Part shown: positions 21,582 through 32,707 of the stretch, piece after piece | Layout of the letters: every line of letters starts with the position of its first letter | Position numbering within the stretch: position 1 is the first letter of the stretch | From: Dehalococcoidia bacterium | Lineage (GTDB): Bacteria; Chloroflexota; Dehalococcoidia; UBA2979 | Direction: 5' to 3' | NCBI GenBank assembly: GCA_034406555.1 | Contig: DASCRM010000013.1 | Location: 1-59,299 of the forward strand | Length of the DNA: 59,299 nucleotides | The notes under the pieces: generated by a model | What the model saw: only the letters and a program-made list of their open reading frames with translations | The model's database searches: none | Told to the model about the DNA's origin: nothing | Position numbers and translations under genes: made by a program

Positions 21582-22307
21582 GTGGATGCGCGCGCTGCCT
21601 TTCCCGTGCGTGCGGTGCGGGCTGGCGATCGGGTTGCTGCGGTGAACGTGGGCACGTTCGTCCGGCTGACGGTGTGGACCGCGCTTCCGGCCGCACTGGC
21701 TGCGCTGCCCACCAGCATCAGCTGGGCGGGTCGCGAGGGGCCGTCGGACGAGGCAGCGACGCCGAGCACCGCCGCAGAGGCCGCCGTCAACTCGGCCCTG
21801 TTCACACGCGTCGCGCATGAGGCACGCACACCGCTCGATGCCGTGATCGGAACCGCGGAGCGACTGCTCGACTCCGAGCTGACCGCCGAGCAACACGAGC
21901 AAATGATCGCGATCCAGTCCGCGGGCAGCGCGCTACGCGAGATCCTGAATGATGTCCTGGGCTCCTCCGACGCCGGCTCCGTCGATGTGGAGCAGGAGCA
22001 CTCACCGGTGCCGTTGAGGGCCCTGGTGAGGGCCGAACGCGGAGACGCGGTACGACCTCGGCGAGTGCTCGTCGTCGCACACGCCGCGACCAACCAGCTC
22101 GTCGCGCAACGGATGCTCGAACGCGAGGGCTATGCGGTACAGGTCGCCTCGAACGGTGCGGACGCGCTGATGGCGCTGGAGCGCGGCCGCGAGGCCTCGC
22201 TGGCCGCCGGCATGGACGACACCCTGCAGCGACCGCTCACTCGCGACCCATTGAGCGAGATGCTGAGACGCTGGCTCGACACCGAACCCGAGCAACGCGT
22301 CGCCTGA
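21582..22307 (+). pseudogene. Internally deleted hybrid histidine kinase (HisKA + partial receiver)
   Basis: AHEARTPLDAVIG...ILNDVL, then RVLVV..TNQLVAQRMLE...AAGMDD; no HATPase, no phospho-Asp segment. Confidence 0.6.
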
Positions 22308-22385
22308 GCTGGCCCGGCTGGCGATCAGGGTTCGACGGTCGCCGCGCGACAGCCTCTACTACGCGCATCCCGGTACCAAAGGTAC

Positions 22386-22583
22386 CTACAGAAGGGTCGA
22401 AGACCCTAGACCGTGACGATTTGCAGGCGGGCCGTCCGAGGTGTCGATGCTCGCCAGCGCGTCGGCAAGCTCCGCCAGGTGCATTTCGTGGACGAGCGCG
22501 ATCGCACGGTCGAGCTCACCTTCGTGAACCAGTTCGACCATGCGTACGGTCGTGTGATCGTGATCCGTTGCGTCGGCCATCAA
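22386..22583 (-). pseudogene. Possible N-terminal remnant of an MgtE-like transporter
   Basis: LVHEMHLAELADALASI resembles the MgtE N-domain; ORF ends after 65 aa. Confidence 0.35.
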
Positions 22584-22610
22584 GGTGATTCTCTCACCTC
22601 GCGCGTCGGG

Positions 22611-23066
22611 CTAGCGGCGGCGATCTCCGAAGAAGCCACGGATCGCGCCGAACGCTCCGCCACCGCTCTTCCCACCGATGCCATCGAGGAACTTGGCCCA
22701 CGACTCCTCGGCGGTGGCCGCGCGCTTCAGGCCGCGCACGCGCTCATCGATGATGTCGCGCACCTCGCCAGCCTCACCAGCATCCAGCCAGAAGCCGTGC
22801 TCCTGTTCGCAGCTGTCGAGTTCGACGTTGTAGGCGCGGTAGTTGAAGGCCAGCATGCCCTCGCCGCAGACCGGGCACTTCAGCTCGGACTCACGTTGGG
22901 CGTACTGGATCATGCCGCGGCGCTCTTCCTCATCCGCCTTCCCGGCCTCCAGCTCATCGAGTTCGTGGTGGTCGAGCCAGCGGCCGTTACAGGTCGGACA
23001 GTGGTCGACCTCGATGCCGTGAAGCTGCTCTTCGAGCAGCTCAGTCTCGTCGCGGGGACAGAGCAT
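22611..23066 (-). CDS. Tandem zf-TFIIB-type Zn-ribbon protein
   Basis: CPRD...VDHCPTCNGRWLD and CPVC...LDSCEQEHGFWLD; GGAGG before ATG 23066. Confidence 0.85.
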   Translation of the reverse strand: MLCPRDETELLEEQLHGIEVDHCPTCNGRWLDHHELDELEAGKADEEERRGMIQYAQRESELKCPVCGEGMLAFNYRAYNVELDSCEQEHGFWLDAGEAGEVRDIIDERVRGLKRAATAEESWAKFLDGIGGKSGGGAFGAIRGFFGDRRR

Positions 23067-23164
23067 GCGGGCCTCCGTATGCAGATTCGCGGGTGGTGCG
23101 CGGGAGCGGGGTTGGTACCAGTGTACCGACCGCACCTACCGGGTCGCGTGCTCGCGACCACCCT

Positions 23165-23854
23165 CTAGCGGAACTGTGCAAGCCAATCGTCGACGCGCTG
23201 AACGGCCTTCGGCTCTTCCCGCAGCGAGTTGTGGCCGATGCCGGGGTAGATCTCCAGCTCCGAGCCTTCGATCAGCCGCGAGAGGATCACAGAGCCGCCC
23301 GGAGGTGTCCGCTCGTCGGCACCGCCGACGATGATCAGCGTCGGGACGCTCACCGCGGGCAATTGCTCGTCCATGTTGTAGCTGGCGACCGCGCGCTGGG
23401 CGGCGGCCAGCCGAAGGCTGCCCCCGGACTCGGTCTCGTCCGCCTGCTTCAGCCAGAACTCTTCCGCCGCCGGCCCGACGCGACTGGAGGTGGAGATCAA
23501 GAGGAGCGCATCAAGCTGCTCCGAGTGGTCGATGCTGAAGCGCTGCGCGATCACGCCGCCCATGGAGTGGCCTGCGATGATCGCGCGGTCGATGTCGAGC
23601 GCTGAGAGTAATAGGGACAGGTCGGTCGCCCAGTCGGTGAGCGCGACGGGGCCGTCGGTGCCCTCCGACTCGCCCATCCCGCGCACGTCGTAGCTCAGGT
23701 GCCGAAAGCCCGAGAACTGCGGGAGCAGCTCCTGCCAGTAATCGAGCGAGCCGCCGATGCCATGCACCCAGACCATGGTGCGGTCGCCTTCGCCTGTGAA
23801 CTGGTAGCGGTGCTTGAGCCCGTTCGCTTCGATCACCGGCATCTGCGCCTCCAT
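23165..23854 (-). CDS. Alpha/beta hydrolase
   Basis: VHGIGG, YDVRGMGES, GHSMGG, GH near C-terminus. Confidence 0.9.
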   Translation of the reverse strand: MEAQMPVIEANGLKHRYQFTGEGDRTMVWVHGIGGSLDYWQELLPQFSGFRHLSYDVRGMGESEGTDGPVALTDWATDLSLLLSALDIDRAIIAGHSMGGVIAQRFSIDHSEQLDALLLISTSSRVGPAAEEFWLKQADETESGGSLRLAAAQRAVASYNMDEQLPAVSVPTLIIVGGADERTPPGGSVILSRLIEGSELEIYPGIGHNSLREEPKAVQRVDDWLAQFR

Positions 23855-23934
23855 CTGTGCCGCCTGACGATATGGGCGGCCGCGAGATAGCGCGACCCAG
23901 TGTGCGTTCCCGCCTGCGTGCTAGGATGCCCGCC

Positions 23935-24441
23935 ATGGCAACTTCCGAGGCCGAGAGCAAGCGCTTCCGCGACGTGACCGGTCGTTTCGCGACCGGCGTG
24001 ACCGTGGTCACCCTGCGTGACGACGATCAGCCCGTCGGGCTGACCGCCAATGCGGTCAGCTCGCTGTCGCTCGACCCGCTGCTGGTTCTCTTCTGCGTCG
24101 ACAAAGGCGCGTCCGCCTACGACGCGCTCGCCAGCGCCGAGGGGTTCGCGATCAACCTGCTGGCTCAGGAACAGCGCGACGTCTCGGGTTTCTTCGCCAC
24201 CACCGGCCGTGGCGAGGACGGGAACGCGATGGGCGGCTTCGACTATCGCGAGGGTACGACTCGCGCCCCGCTGCTCGATGGCACGCTCGGCTGGTTCGAT
24301 TGCCGGCCGTGGGCACGGTACGAGGGCGGCGACCACACGATTGTCGTCGGCGAGGTCGTGGATTTTGGACTCTGGGAGCCGGACGGCGACCCGCTGCTCT
24401 TCTTCGGCGGCGGCTACCGCGAGCTTACCCCGGCCGAATAA
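23935..24441 (+). CDS. Flavin reductase family protein
   Basis: FATGVTVVT, SLSLDP, GGDHTIVVGEV, PLLF..GGY. Confidence 0.92.
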   Translation: MATSEAESKRFRDVTGRFATGVTVVTLRDDDQPVGLTANAVSSLSLDPLLVLFCVDKGASAYDALASAEGFAINLLAQEQRDVSGFFATTGRGEDGNAMGGFDYREGTTRAPLLDGTLGWFDCRPWARYEGGDHTIVVGEVVDFGLWEPDGDPLLFFGGGYRELTPAE

Positions 24442-24642
24442 CCACGTCACCGCCTCGACCGTCGACCGCGCGCGAGTCGGGTCGATGCGATCGCGCTCTG
24501 CGGAGTTTTCCGCATTCGGCCTCGCCCGCGCTGCTCATACGCTGATCTCACGATCTCTCCGCGGACTCGATCCGCCCTGTGATGACGATCTGTACTGGAG
24601 CCTCGCGTGCGTATCGGATCAGCCGCACCGTCTGACCCGCTG

Positions 24643-25652
24643 ATGCAGCCGCCGGCTGCCGCCACCGCCCCACGAGATGGTTCGCTGGTCGCCGACTTCT
24701 CCGCAACGCTCGATCGCCACCTCGCCGAGGCACTGTTGCCGTACGGCCCCACAGGCCCATCGACCGACCCGTTTGGCTGGCGTGCGCTCAGCCGCGAACT
24801 GGGCGACGAGCTGGTGACGCCGGGCTTCGGGGCGATCTTCGAACGGCAGATTCAGTAGGAGTCGGGCTTCTCGCCGGAGGTCGCCTTCGGCCTGCGGCGG
24901 TCGAGCGCGGGCGCGGAGGGGATCGCACAGCTGATGCCGGAGTACTATCCGGGCGTCGATCGCGACAACCCGCTGGTGGCGCTGGTGGCGGGCGCTCGCA
25001 CGATGCGGCACTACCTGGAGGTCTTTGAGGGCGACGTGTGCCCCGCGTTGGCGTCCTACAACGCGGGACTGGGGCGGGTGCAGTCGTTGATGGCAAACCA
25101 CGGTGCGAACTGGGAGCAGGCGCTGCCCGCTGAGACGAAGGGCTACCTAGCGGCGATTGCGGGCGACGCGCATCCGCAGGTGCAGCTGGAACCCCGGCGA
25201 GGTCGCGATCTTCGGCGGGCGCGGCCCAGGTGGCGTGCTGACGGCGCCGATCGACCGAGTGCTCACTGAGAAGGTCAGTAACGACATACTGCAACTGCTT
25301 GCGGCGTACGGCGCGACGGTGCGTGCGCCCGCCGACGGACACGTCAGCGCCGTGCAGCACGGCGACGACGGCACGACGGTGACGTTGGACCATGGCAACG
25401 GCTAGCAGAGTTCGTTGCAGGGGCTCGGTGATCTCACCCTCGCGGGCGGCGACACCGTGCGGCGACACCGTGCGACGCGGCGAGGCGCTGGGCACGCTGG
25501 CGCAGGAGGCGGGCCCGAGGCAGGGGCTGCTGCGGTTCGGGGTCTCGCTGAACTCGTTGGCCGTCGATCCTCGGCCGTATCTGCTGCGGACGTGGTCGTC
25601 GCCGCGATCGGGGAGCGTGCGAGGCAATGACCCGACCCTCAGGCGGTGCTAA
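24643..25652 (+). pseudogene. Lytic transglycosylase (SLT) + M23-like peptidase gene, multiply disrupted
   Basis: QIQ*ESGF, GAEGIAQLMP, ALASYNAG, VRAPADG, LDHGNG*, VDPRPYL; TAG 24856, frameshift ~25193, TAG 25403, 13-nt duplication 25448-25473. Confidence 0.8.
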
Positions 25653-25676
25653 GCTTCGCCATCGCGACCGCTTCGT

Positions 25677-25754
25677 GGTGGGTGTCGCCTAGCGGTCTAA
25701 GGCGCCAGGTTGTGGCCCTGGAGATCGGGGGTTCAAATCCCCTCACCCACCCCA
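25677..25754 (+). tRNA. tRNA-His (GTG) with encoded G-1 and CCA
   Basis: G-GTGGGTG/CACCCAC-C-CCA; CCAGG-TTGTGGC-CCTGG; GGTTCAAATCC. Confidence 0.96.
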
Positions 25755-25757
25755 AAC

Positions 25758-26603
25758 ATCATTCGTCCTCGTTCCCGGCTGCACCGGTGGCGTCACGCGG
25801 CGCTGCCGATGATCGCGCTCGCGCTGTTCGCCTGCTCCGGCGATCCTGCCTCGGTGCAGGTCGTCGCGCCGGACGTCGCAGCGACGCCCACCGCACAGGT
25901 GACTCCGCGGCCGATCGTGCAGCCCACGCCCACGCCATCGCCCGTCGTCGTCGCCGGCGATGGCACCGCGACCGCCACCGAGGGCGTCTCTTTGCCGTCG
26001 CTCTTGCCGCAGATCGACGGCGTCGTCGAGTCCGCGACGCAGGCGGACGACGGTTCGATCGTCGTGAACTGGCTGGTCGAGGCACCTCCGACGGAGGTCG
26101 TCTCGGCGCTCGCTGAGGCGATCGCGGCGAGCATGACGGTGCTGCTGGACGAACGCGGCAGCGGGGGCGGACTGATTGTCTTCGAAGGGGACGCGCTTGC
26201 CGGGCACTATTTCGTGACCTCGGTAGATGGCGACGCGCGGATCGAGTTGCGCCTCGATGCCCCTCGTTCACCCTCGGTGGCGGCGGCGCTTGCTCAACCC
26301 CTGCCGGTCGGGTACCCGGTCGAAGCAGTGCCGCGGTTCCCGGGTGCGACCGTCGTCTCGGGTTCCGCGGAGGCACTGACGGAGCGGTCGACGCGCTTTG
26401 TGGTGACGATGGAGACGGAGCGTGCGGCGGTCGACGTACTTGGCTATTTCAGCGACCTCTTTGCTTCGCTCGGGTGGGGGAGCACTGTACGGGGACTGGA
26501 ACTCGATGCGAGTGGCGCGGCGGGGGTGGCCTCGCTGACTGTGCTCTCGGGTCCGCTTACGAGGGCTGTGCTGCTGCTAGATTGGACCGCAGCGCGCCCG
26601 TAA
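25758..26603 (+). CDS. Hypothetical lipoprotein
   Basis: Basic N-region + ALALFAC lipobox, Pro/Thr linker; start uncertain (ATC 25758 or ATG 25809). Confidence 0.7.
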   Translation: MIRPRSRLHRWRHAALPMIALALFACSGDPASVQVVAPDVAATPTAQVTPRPIVQPTPTPSPVVVAGDGTATATEGVSLPSLLPQIDGVVESATQADDGSIVVNWLVEAPPTEVVSALAEAIAASMTVLLDERGSGGGLIVFEGDALAGHYFVTSVDGDARIELRLDAPRSPSVAAALAQPLPVGYPVEAVPRFPGATVVSGSAEALTERSTRFVVTMETERAAVDVLGYFSDLFASLGWGSTVRGLELDASGAAGVASLTVLSGPLTRAVLLLDWTAARP

Positions 26604-26680
26604 CGCGGGCGATGGGTGACGAGAGTCGCGTGCTAGGATGGATTCCCATTCGCTCTCGCCACCGGGTGCGAGGTTCAGCC

Positions 26681-27646
26681 GTGACTGCTGGTGTGACACA
26701 GAGCCGCCCGAGAAGCCGTCCAAGACGCTGGGTTGCGGCCTCGCTCGGCGCGCTGGTGCTGCTGCTCGCTGCGGCGTGTGGCGGCGGCGACGGTGATGTC
26801 GAGACGCCGGGCGTGCTGGCCGATCGCATCCTGCGATTGGGCGAGGACCCCGAGACGATCGTCGATGTGCGCGTGGGCGAGGTGCCCGTCGGACTCAGCG
26901 ATGCGCTGAACGTCGGAGTGGCCCCGGGGACCCCGGACGAAGACCTGATCACGCTGCACGTCTACCGGCCCGACGACCTCGTTGGTTCGTTCCGCATTGC
27001 GCGCGAGGATGGCGTGCAGAGTTTCTGGCTGGTCTATGACCACGCGGAAGATGCAGTCACCGTCGAGGCGGCGCTGCTGCAGAGGCTCGATGAGACGCCG
27101 TGGCAGGTTGTCTGGGGGCAGTTGACCGCCGCCGAGTCTGGCGTGCGGTTCCGGAGCACGGTCTCGCCTGACGTCGATGGCACGGCGATCGTGCACCCAG
27201 TGCGGTCCGCGGATGATGAAGGCGGCGCGCTCACCAACGTCGTCTACATCATCAAGGTGCAGCCCGCCGAACTCGCAGAACTCTCGAAGTTCGTGCTGCC
27301 GGCACCGCGCCCGATCCCGGACCGGTTCCCGGCACAGTTCCTGCTGCTGGACGTGACGATCCCGATCATCGTGTCCTGGGATTCATCCGCGGCCGGGACC
27401 ACCTACCAGATGGTGCTGCTCTGCACCGAATCCGCGTTTGATATCGCGGAGCAGTATCGCGAGGTGCTGGCAGGCCAGGGCTGGGAGCTGACCTCCGACC
27501 GCGCGGTCGGATTCGCGACGCAGCTCGACTTCCAGAGGGATGCCGGGACGCTGCAGGGCACGATCACCACAGACACCTTCGATCAGAACGACGACTACGC
27601 CTCGATCCTGCTCGAGCTGCAGGTTGTTCGCGCCGATACCAACTAG
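26681..27646 (+). CDS. Hypothetical lipoprotein
   Basis: RPRSRPRRW...LLLAAAC-GGG lipobox; GTG 26681 after GAGGT. Confidence 0.75.
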   Translation: MTAGVTQSRPRSRPRRWVAASLGALVLLLAAACGGGDGDVETPGVLADRILRLGEDPETIVDVRVGEVPVGLSDALNVGVAPGTPDEDLITLHVYRPDDLVGSFRIAREDGVQSFWLVYDHAEDAVTVEAALLQRLDETPWQVVWGQLTAAESGVRFRSTVSPDVDGTAIVHPVRSADDEGGALTNVVYIIKVQPAELAELSKFVLPAPRPIPDRFPAQFLLLDVTIPIIVSWDSSAAGTTYQMVLLCTESAFDIAEQYREVLAGQGWELTSDRAVGFATQLDFQRDAGTLQGTITTDTFDQNDDYASILLELQVVRADTN

Positions 27647-27819
27647 CTCCATCTTCGCCACACACGGGCCTCAGCGTTTCTTCTTGGCCACCTCAGGGAC
27701 TCTCCTCAGTGGGTAAACCCGCTCGGGGTCTTTGCCCGGTGGTTTGCGGGCGCGTCCTGATTGGCGGGCAATGCGGTCGAGCGATGATTTTCCCAACACC
27801 AAATGCGGACGAGGGACGC

Positions 27820-28022
27820 TGGGCACGGGCGTGCTTGAGGGTTCGAACACGGACCTGGCGCGTGAGTTCACGAACGTGATCCTCGCGCAAAGCGGATTCT
27901 AGGCATTGAGTCGTGTGATTTCGACATCGGACGAGATGCTTCAGGACCTGGTGAGTCTGATCCGGTAGCGAACCTGAGCCCGCGAGGGCTTCAGACTGAT
28001 CGAGTGCCGTGATCGGTGCTTA
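27820..28022 (+). ncRNA. Candidate 6S-like structured RNA (~200 nt)
   Basis: By-eye end-to-end pairing, central open region, long apical stem, ACCTGAGCCC-GCGA-GGGCTTCAG hairpin, own terminator. Confidence 0.5.
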
Positions 28023-28024
28023 TT

Positions 28025-28059
28025 GCGGAGGGGCCCCGTTCGGGGCCCCTCCGCTGTTT
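28025..28059 (+). terminator. Strong intrinsic terminator
   Basis: 13-bp stem GCGGAGGGGCCCC/GGGGCCCCTCCGC then TGTTT. Confidence 0.8.
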
Positions 28060-28099
28060 CGTGGCCTGCAACATGGTCGGCCCGCCGGAGCGTGTGACA

Positions 28100-28555
28100 A
28101 TGCGCGAGTATGCCTGCCGTGTGGGCGGAGGGGGCTTCGGGATGGTTCGCCCGGTCGAGGGCACCTGCGACACCGGTGGGGGCTTCCTCAGGCAAGCCTG
28201 CCTCAACGACGCCATCGCGAGCTGCGTCTACTGCGGGCGCAAGTTCTGCGACGAGCACGGCGAACGAGGCCCCGACCACATCGACACTTGTTCTCGCAAA
28301 GCCTGCCGCAAGAAGCTGGCCGACGTCCTGGCGCACCAGCAATGGAAGCAGCGCGGCCAGGAGCAGAACGTCGGCGCGATCTGTGCCGTCGAGGAGTGCG
28401 GGGAGCGCATGGGGCATCGCTGCAACCGCTGTCAGCTCATGTTCTGCATCGAGCATGTCCGCAACATGCGCATGGTCAGCCGGTCGAGCATGCGCGACCA
28501 GGGGCGGATCGTGGTCTGCGGCCACTGCCGTGGCCGTCAGGGCATCTGGGACTAG
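28100..28555 (+). CDS. Cys-rich protein with two AN1/B-box-like Zn fingers
   Basis: CVYCGRKFCDEH and CNRCQLMFCIEH plus further Cys pairs; start uncertain. Confidence 0.7.
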   Translation: MREYACRVGGGGFGMVRPVEGTCDTGGGFLRQACLNDAIASCVYCGRKFCDEHGERGPDHIDTCSRKACRKKLADVLAHQQWKQRGQEQNVGAICAVEECGERMGHRCNRCQLMFCIEHVRNMRMVSRSSMRDQGRIVVCGHCRGRQGIWD

Positions 28556-28578
28556 CGCAGCAGTCGAGCGCAGCGAGG

Positions 28579-29349
28579 CTACGAGGCGGTGGCCACCGCG
28601 TTACGGAGCACGCCAACGCCACCGACTTCAACCTCAAAGACATCACCGTCGTGGAGCTCGGCCGTCGTGCCGGGCGTGCCTGTGAAGACGAGGTCGCCGG
28701 GCTCCAGCGTCATCGCGCGGGAGATCGTGGCGACGCACTTGCGGATCGAGTGCACCAGCTCATCCGTCGTCGCGTCCTGCACGACCTCGCCGTTGAGACG
28801 GCCGATCAGGTGCAGGCCCTCCGGGCCGAGGTCGGTCTCGATCCATGGGCCGACAGCGGTGAACGTGTCGGTCGACTTCGCCCGCCACCACTGCAGGTCC
28901 GACTGCTGCCACTCGCGGGCCGAGACGTCGTTACCGCAGGTGTAGCCGGCGATGTGGCGGTCGACATCTGCTTCCTCGATGTTGCGGGCGCGGCGCCCGA
29001 TCACCGCGACGACTTCCGCCTCCGCGTCCACGCGCCCGGCGTCGGGCGGTAGCAGGATCGTCTGATCGTGGCCGATCAGCGAGGAGGGCGCCTTCAGGAA
29101 CGGTTCCGGCTGACCGGGCGCGCTGTGGTCGCCAGCGTGGCTCTGGTAGTTGATGCCGATCGCGATGATCTTACTCGGTCTGGTCGGCGGCAGAAGCTGC
29201 ACGGCTGAGAGCGCCGAGCTCTCCCCCGTCGGCTGGTAGCGTCCCAGCGGCTTGCCGCTGACGAGCTGTACCTGGTCGCCCTGCACGATTGCGGCGGAGT
29301 TGCCGGCCCGCGCGCGGATGCCGCTGTGCCGAACGTATGCCAGTCGCAT
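28579..29349 (-). CDS. Fumarylacetoacetate hydrolase family protein
   Basis: KIIAIGINY..H, FLKAPSS, NDVSARE, GDLVFTGTP. Confidence 0.93.
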   Translation of the reverse strand: MRLAYVRHSGIRARAGNSAAIVQGDQVQLVSGKPLGRYQPTGESSALSAVQLLPPTRPSKIIAIGINYQSHAGDHSAPGQPEPFLKAPSSLIGHDQTILLPPDAGRVDAEAEVVAVIGRRARNIEEADVDRHIAGYTCGNDVSAREWQQSDLQWWRAKSTDTFTAVGPWIETDLGPEGLHLIGRLNGEVVQDATTDELVHSIRKCVATISRAMTLEPGDLVFTGTPGTTAELHDGDVFEVEVGGVGVLRNAVATAS

Positions 29350-29510
29350 GCTGATCCCCCTGCTGCGTTTTCGCTGCGTGCCAAAGCTACATGTTCGTCG
29401 CGCAGCATACGCAGTCCTTCCGTTTGGGGAAGGATGCTACGATGCGAGATAGGTCACTCCGAACCTGAAAACACGTCCGAACCGGATACCGCTCGACAGG
29501 AGCGCCACCG

Positions 29511-30713
<1,203 letters not shown>

Positions 30714-30755
30714 CGACTGGCTGCGGCCGGTCTAGAAGTTGAGCGACCTGCCTCG

Positions 30756-30789
30756 CGAAAAAGACCGGGCACAGCGCCCGGTCTTTTCG
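30756..30789. terminator. Bidirectional terminator between convergent genes
   Basis: AAAAAGACCGGGC-ACAGC-GCCCGGTCTTTT. Confidence 0.85.
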
Positions 30790-30825
30790 TACTCAGTCCT
30801 CGCTGCTCGCTCGGAGCAGTAGGGC

Positions 30826-31452
30826 TCAGGAGTCGTCGGGATCGTCGTCCTTGGGAGGCTTGGGCGGCTTCGGCCCCTTCGCGGCGTGCTTCTCCGCGTG
30901 TTCGGCGTGCTGCCAGGCCTTCTTGTAGTAGTCGTTCGCCTTGTCGGGCTTGTCTTCCAGCGCGGCGTCGCCCTTCGCCAGCTCCTTCTCGACCTTGGTC
31001 AGTTCCTTGTCGACCTTGTCCTGCTTCTTCGGGTCGAGTGCCGTCATCCCCGCCAGATCGACGGCCCCAACCAGCGAACGGCTCTCCGCGACTAGCCGGA
31101 CGATCGCGTCGTTCGCAGCAGCGGCGGCTTCGTCACTGAGCACTTCGTGCTTGTGGCCGTCGATCGCCTTCTTGTGGCGGTCGAAGACCTTCTTGCCGCC
31201 CTTCGAGTCGAGCGCGCCGTCGTCCAGCTAGCCCTTCTCAAGGCTCTTCACGATCTCGCGGACGGCCTTGCCTATCTTCTTCGACTCATCGACGAACGGG
31301 TCGAGGCTCGCGAGCACGAGACCCTTGATCGCCTGAGCGCTCGGGATCGAGGCGGGGCATCCGGGTCGGAGCCGGATGCCCCGCCTCGCCGTCGGTGAAG
31401 CCGTCGCTGTCGCTGTCGGTCTCGGTAGCGAGCGGGACGGGTCGATCGTCAC
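30826..31452 (-). pseudogene. Lys/Asp-rich helical protein fragment split by in-frame TAG at 31230-31228
   Basis: The two ORF-track pieces share a frame: KSLEKG*LDDGALDSKGGKKVF...; 5' part degenerate. Confidence 0.55.
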
Positions 31453-31487
31453 CTGACTGACTTTTCGCCGAACCTATCAGATTCGGC

Positions 31488-32534
31488 TCAAACTTCGGCG
31501 CCGACCGCGTTCACGATGTCCGCGGTCTTGCCGAGCGTCTCGAGGCGTTCGGCAAGTGTCGCACCATGCGGGTCGACGCGCAGGCTGGTGATGCCGGCGT
31601 CGCGGTAGGCACGGATGCGGTCGGCGACCATCTGCTCGTCGCCGAGCATCGAGGTCAGGCGCACCATTTCGTCGGGCACGAGCGCCCGCGCTTCGTCGCG
31701 CTGGCCGTCGAGCCAGAGCCGCTGGATCGCCGCTGCCTCGTCGGCGTAACCCTGCCGTCGGTAGGCCGCGTTGTAGAAGTTGTGCTGGCGCGATCCCATC
31801 GCCCCGAGGCTGAAGGCAAGGCCCCGCTTGCGCGCGTCGATCGCCGCATCGACGTCGTCCGTGAACTGCACGCCGCCGCCCGCCTGCAGGTCGATTTCGT
31901 CCAGCGTGCGGCCCGCGCGCTCCGCGCCAACTCGGATGTGCTCGAAGAAGCTCTCTGCGTGCTCCGGGATGAAGGAGGTACCCAGCCAGCCATCGGCCAG
32001 CTCGCCCGTCAGTTCGAGGTTCTTCGGGCCGAGCGAGGCGATGTAGATCGGCACGTTCTCGGCCGGGGGCGCGCCGGAGCGCAGCGCCTTGCCCTCGCCA
32101 CCGGCCAGCGGCAGCTGGTAGAGGTCGCCGTCGTAGGCGACGGTCTGGCCGCGCATCACCATGCGCACGACCTCTACTAGCTCGCGGGTGCGGGTGACGG
32201 CGCGGGCGAAGGGGACACCGTGCCAGCCCTCGATCACCTGCGGGCCGCTGGTGCCGAGGCCGAGCACGAAGCGGCCGCCGGACATCGAATCGAGCGCCAT
32301 CGCGGTCATGCCGAGCAGCGCCGGGGTGCGCGTGCCGACCTGGAAGATGCCGGCGCCGAGGCGGATGCGGTCCGTCTTCGCGGCCAGGTAGGCGAGCGGG
32401 GTGGCGGCATCGTGTGCCCATGCTTCCGCGGTCCAGGCGGTGGTGACGCCCATGCGTTCCGCTTCGAGGGTGAAGTCGGTGAGCCCATCCCAGTCGTCGA
32501 TCGCGTCGCGGTGGAAGCCAATCGAGACCTGCAT
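31488..32534 (-). CDS. LLM-class (probably F420-dependent) oxidoreductase
   Basis: AEAW..DA.TPLAYLAA.T, GRFVLGLGTSGPQVIEGWHG, GELADGW. Confidence 0.92.
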   Translation of the reverse strand: MQVSIGFHRDAIDDWDGLTDFTLEAERMGVTTAWTAEAWAHDAATPLAYLAAKTDRIRLGAGIFQVGTRTPALLGMTAMALDSMSGGRFVLGLGTSGPQVIEGWHGVPFARAVTRTRELVEVVRMVMRGQTVAYDGDLYQLPLAGGEGKALRSGAPPAENVPIYIASLGPKNLELTGELADGWLGTSFIPEHAESFFEHIRVGAERAGRTLDEIDLQAGGGVQFTDDVDAAIDARKRGLAFSLGAMGSRQHNFYNAAYRRQGYADEAAAIQRLWLDGQRDEARALVPDEMVRLTSMLGDEQMVADRIRAYRDAGITSLRVDPHGATLAERLETLGKTADIVNAVGAEV

Positions 32535-32707
32535 CGCGGCCCCCTTCACGTTCAATCTGTGTGCCGGTCGCCAGACGATAGCAGGCGCACACGAATCGGC
32601 CGCGATGCGTGACGACGCGAGGCCGTGGCGTGAGTGAGGAGCCTCGCCTAACGTGACGCCATGCCCCCGCTCCCCCCTCGACAGGCGCACCCTCTGCACC
32701 CCGGCTC

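Noticed and set aside
19745-25677. Genomic island integrated at tRNA-Sec or tRNA-His
   Set aside because: Several decayed genes lie here, but I found no integrase and no duplicated tRNA 3' end.
27671-27871. Small minus-strand ORFs, and an RNase P RNA suggested by GAGGAGAGTCC on the minus strand
   Set aside because: The peptides have no recognisable features; an RNase P RNA would run into the lipoprotein CDS and the other conserved RNase P motifs are missing.
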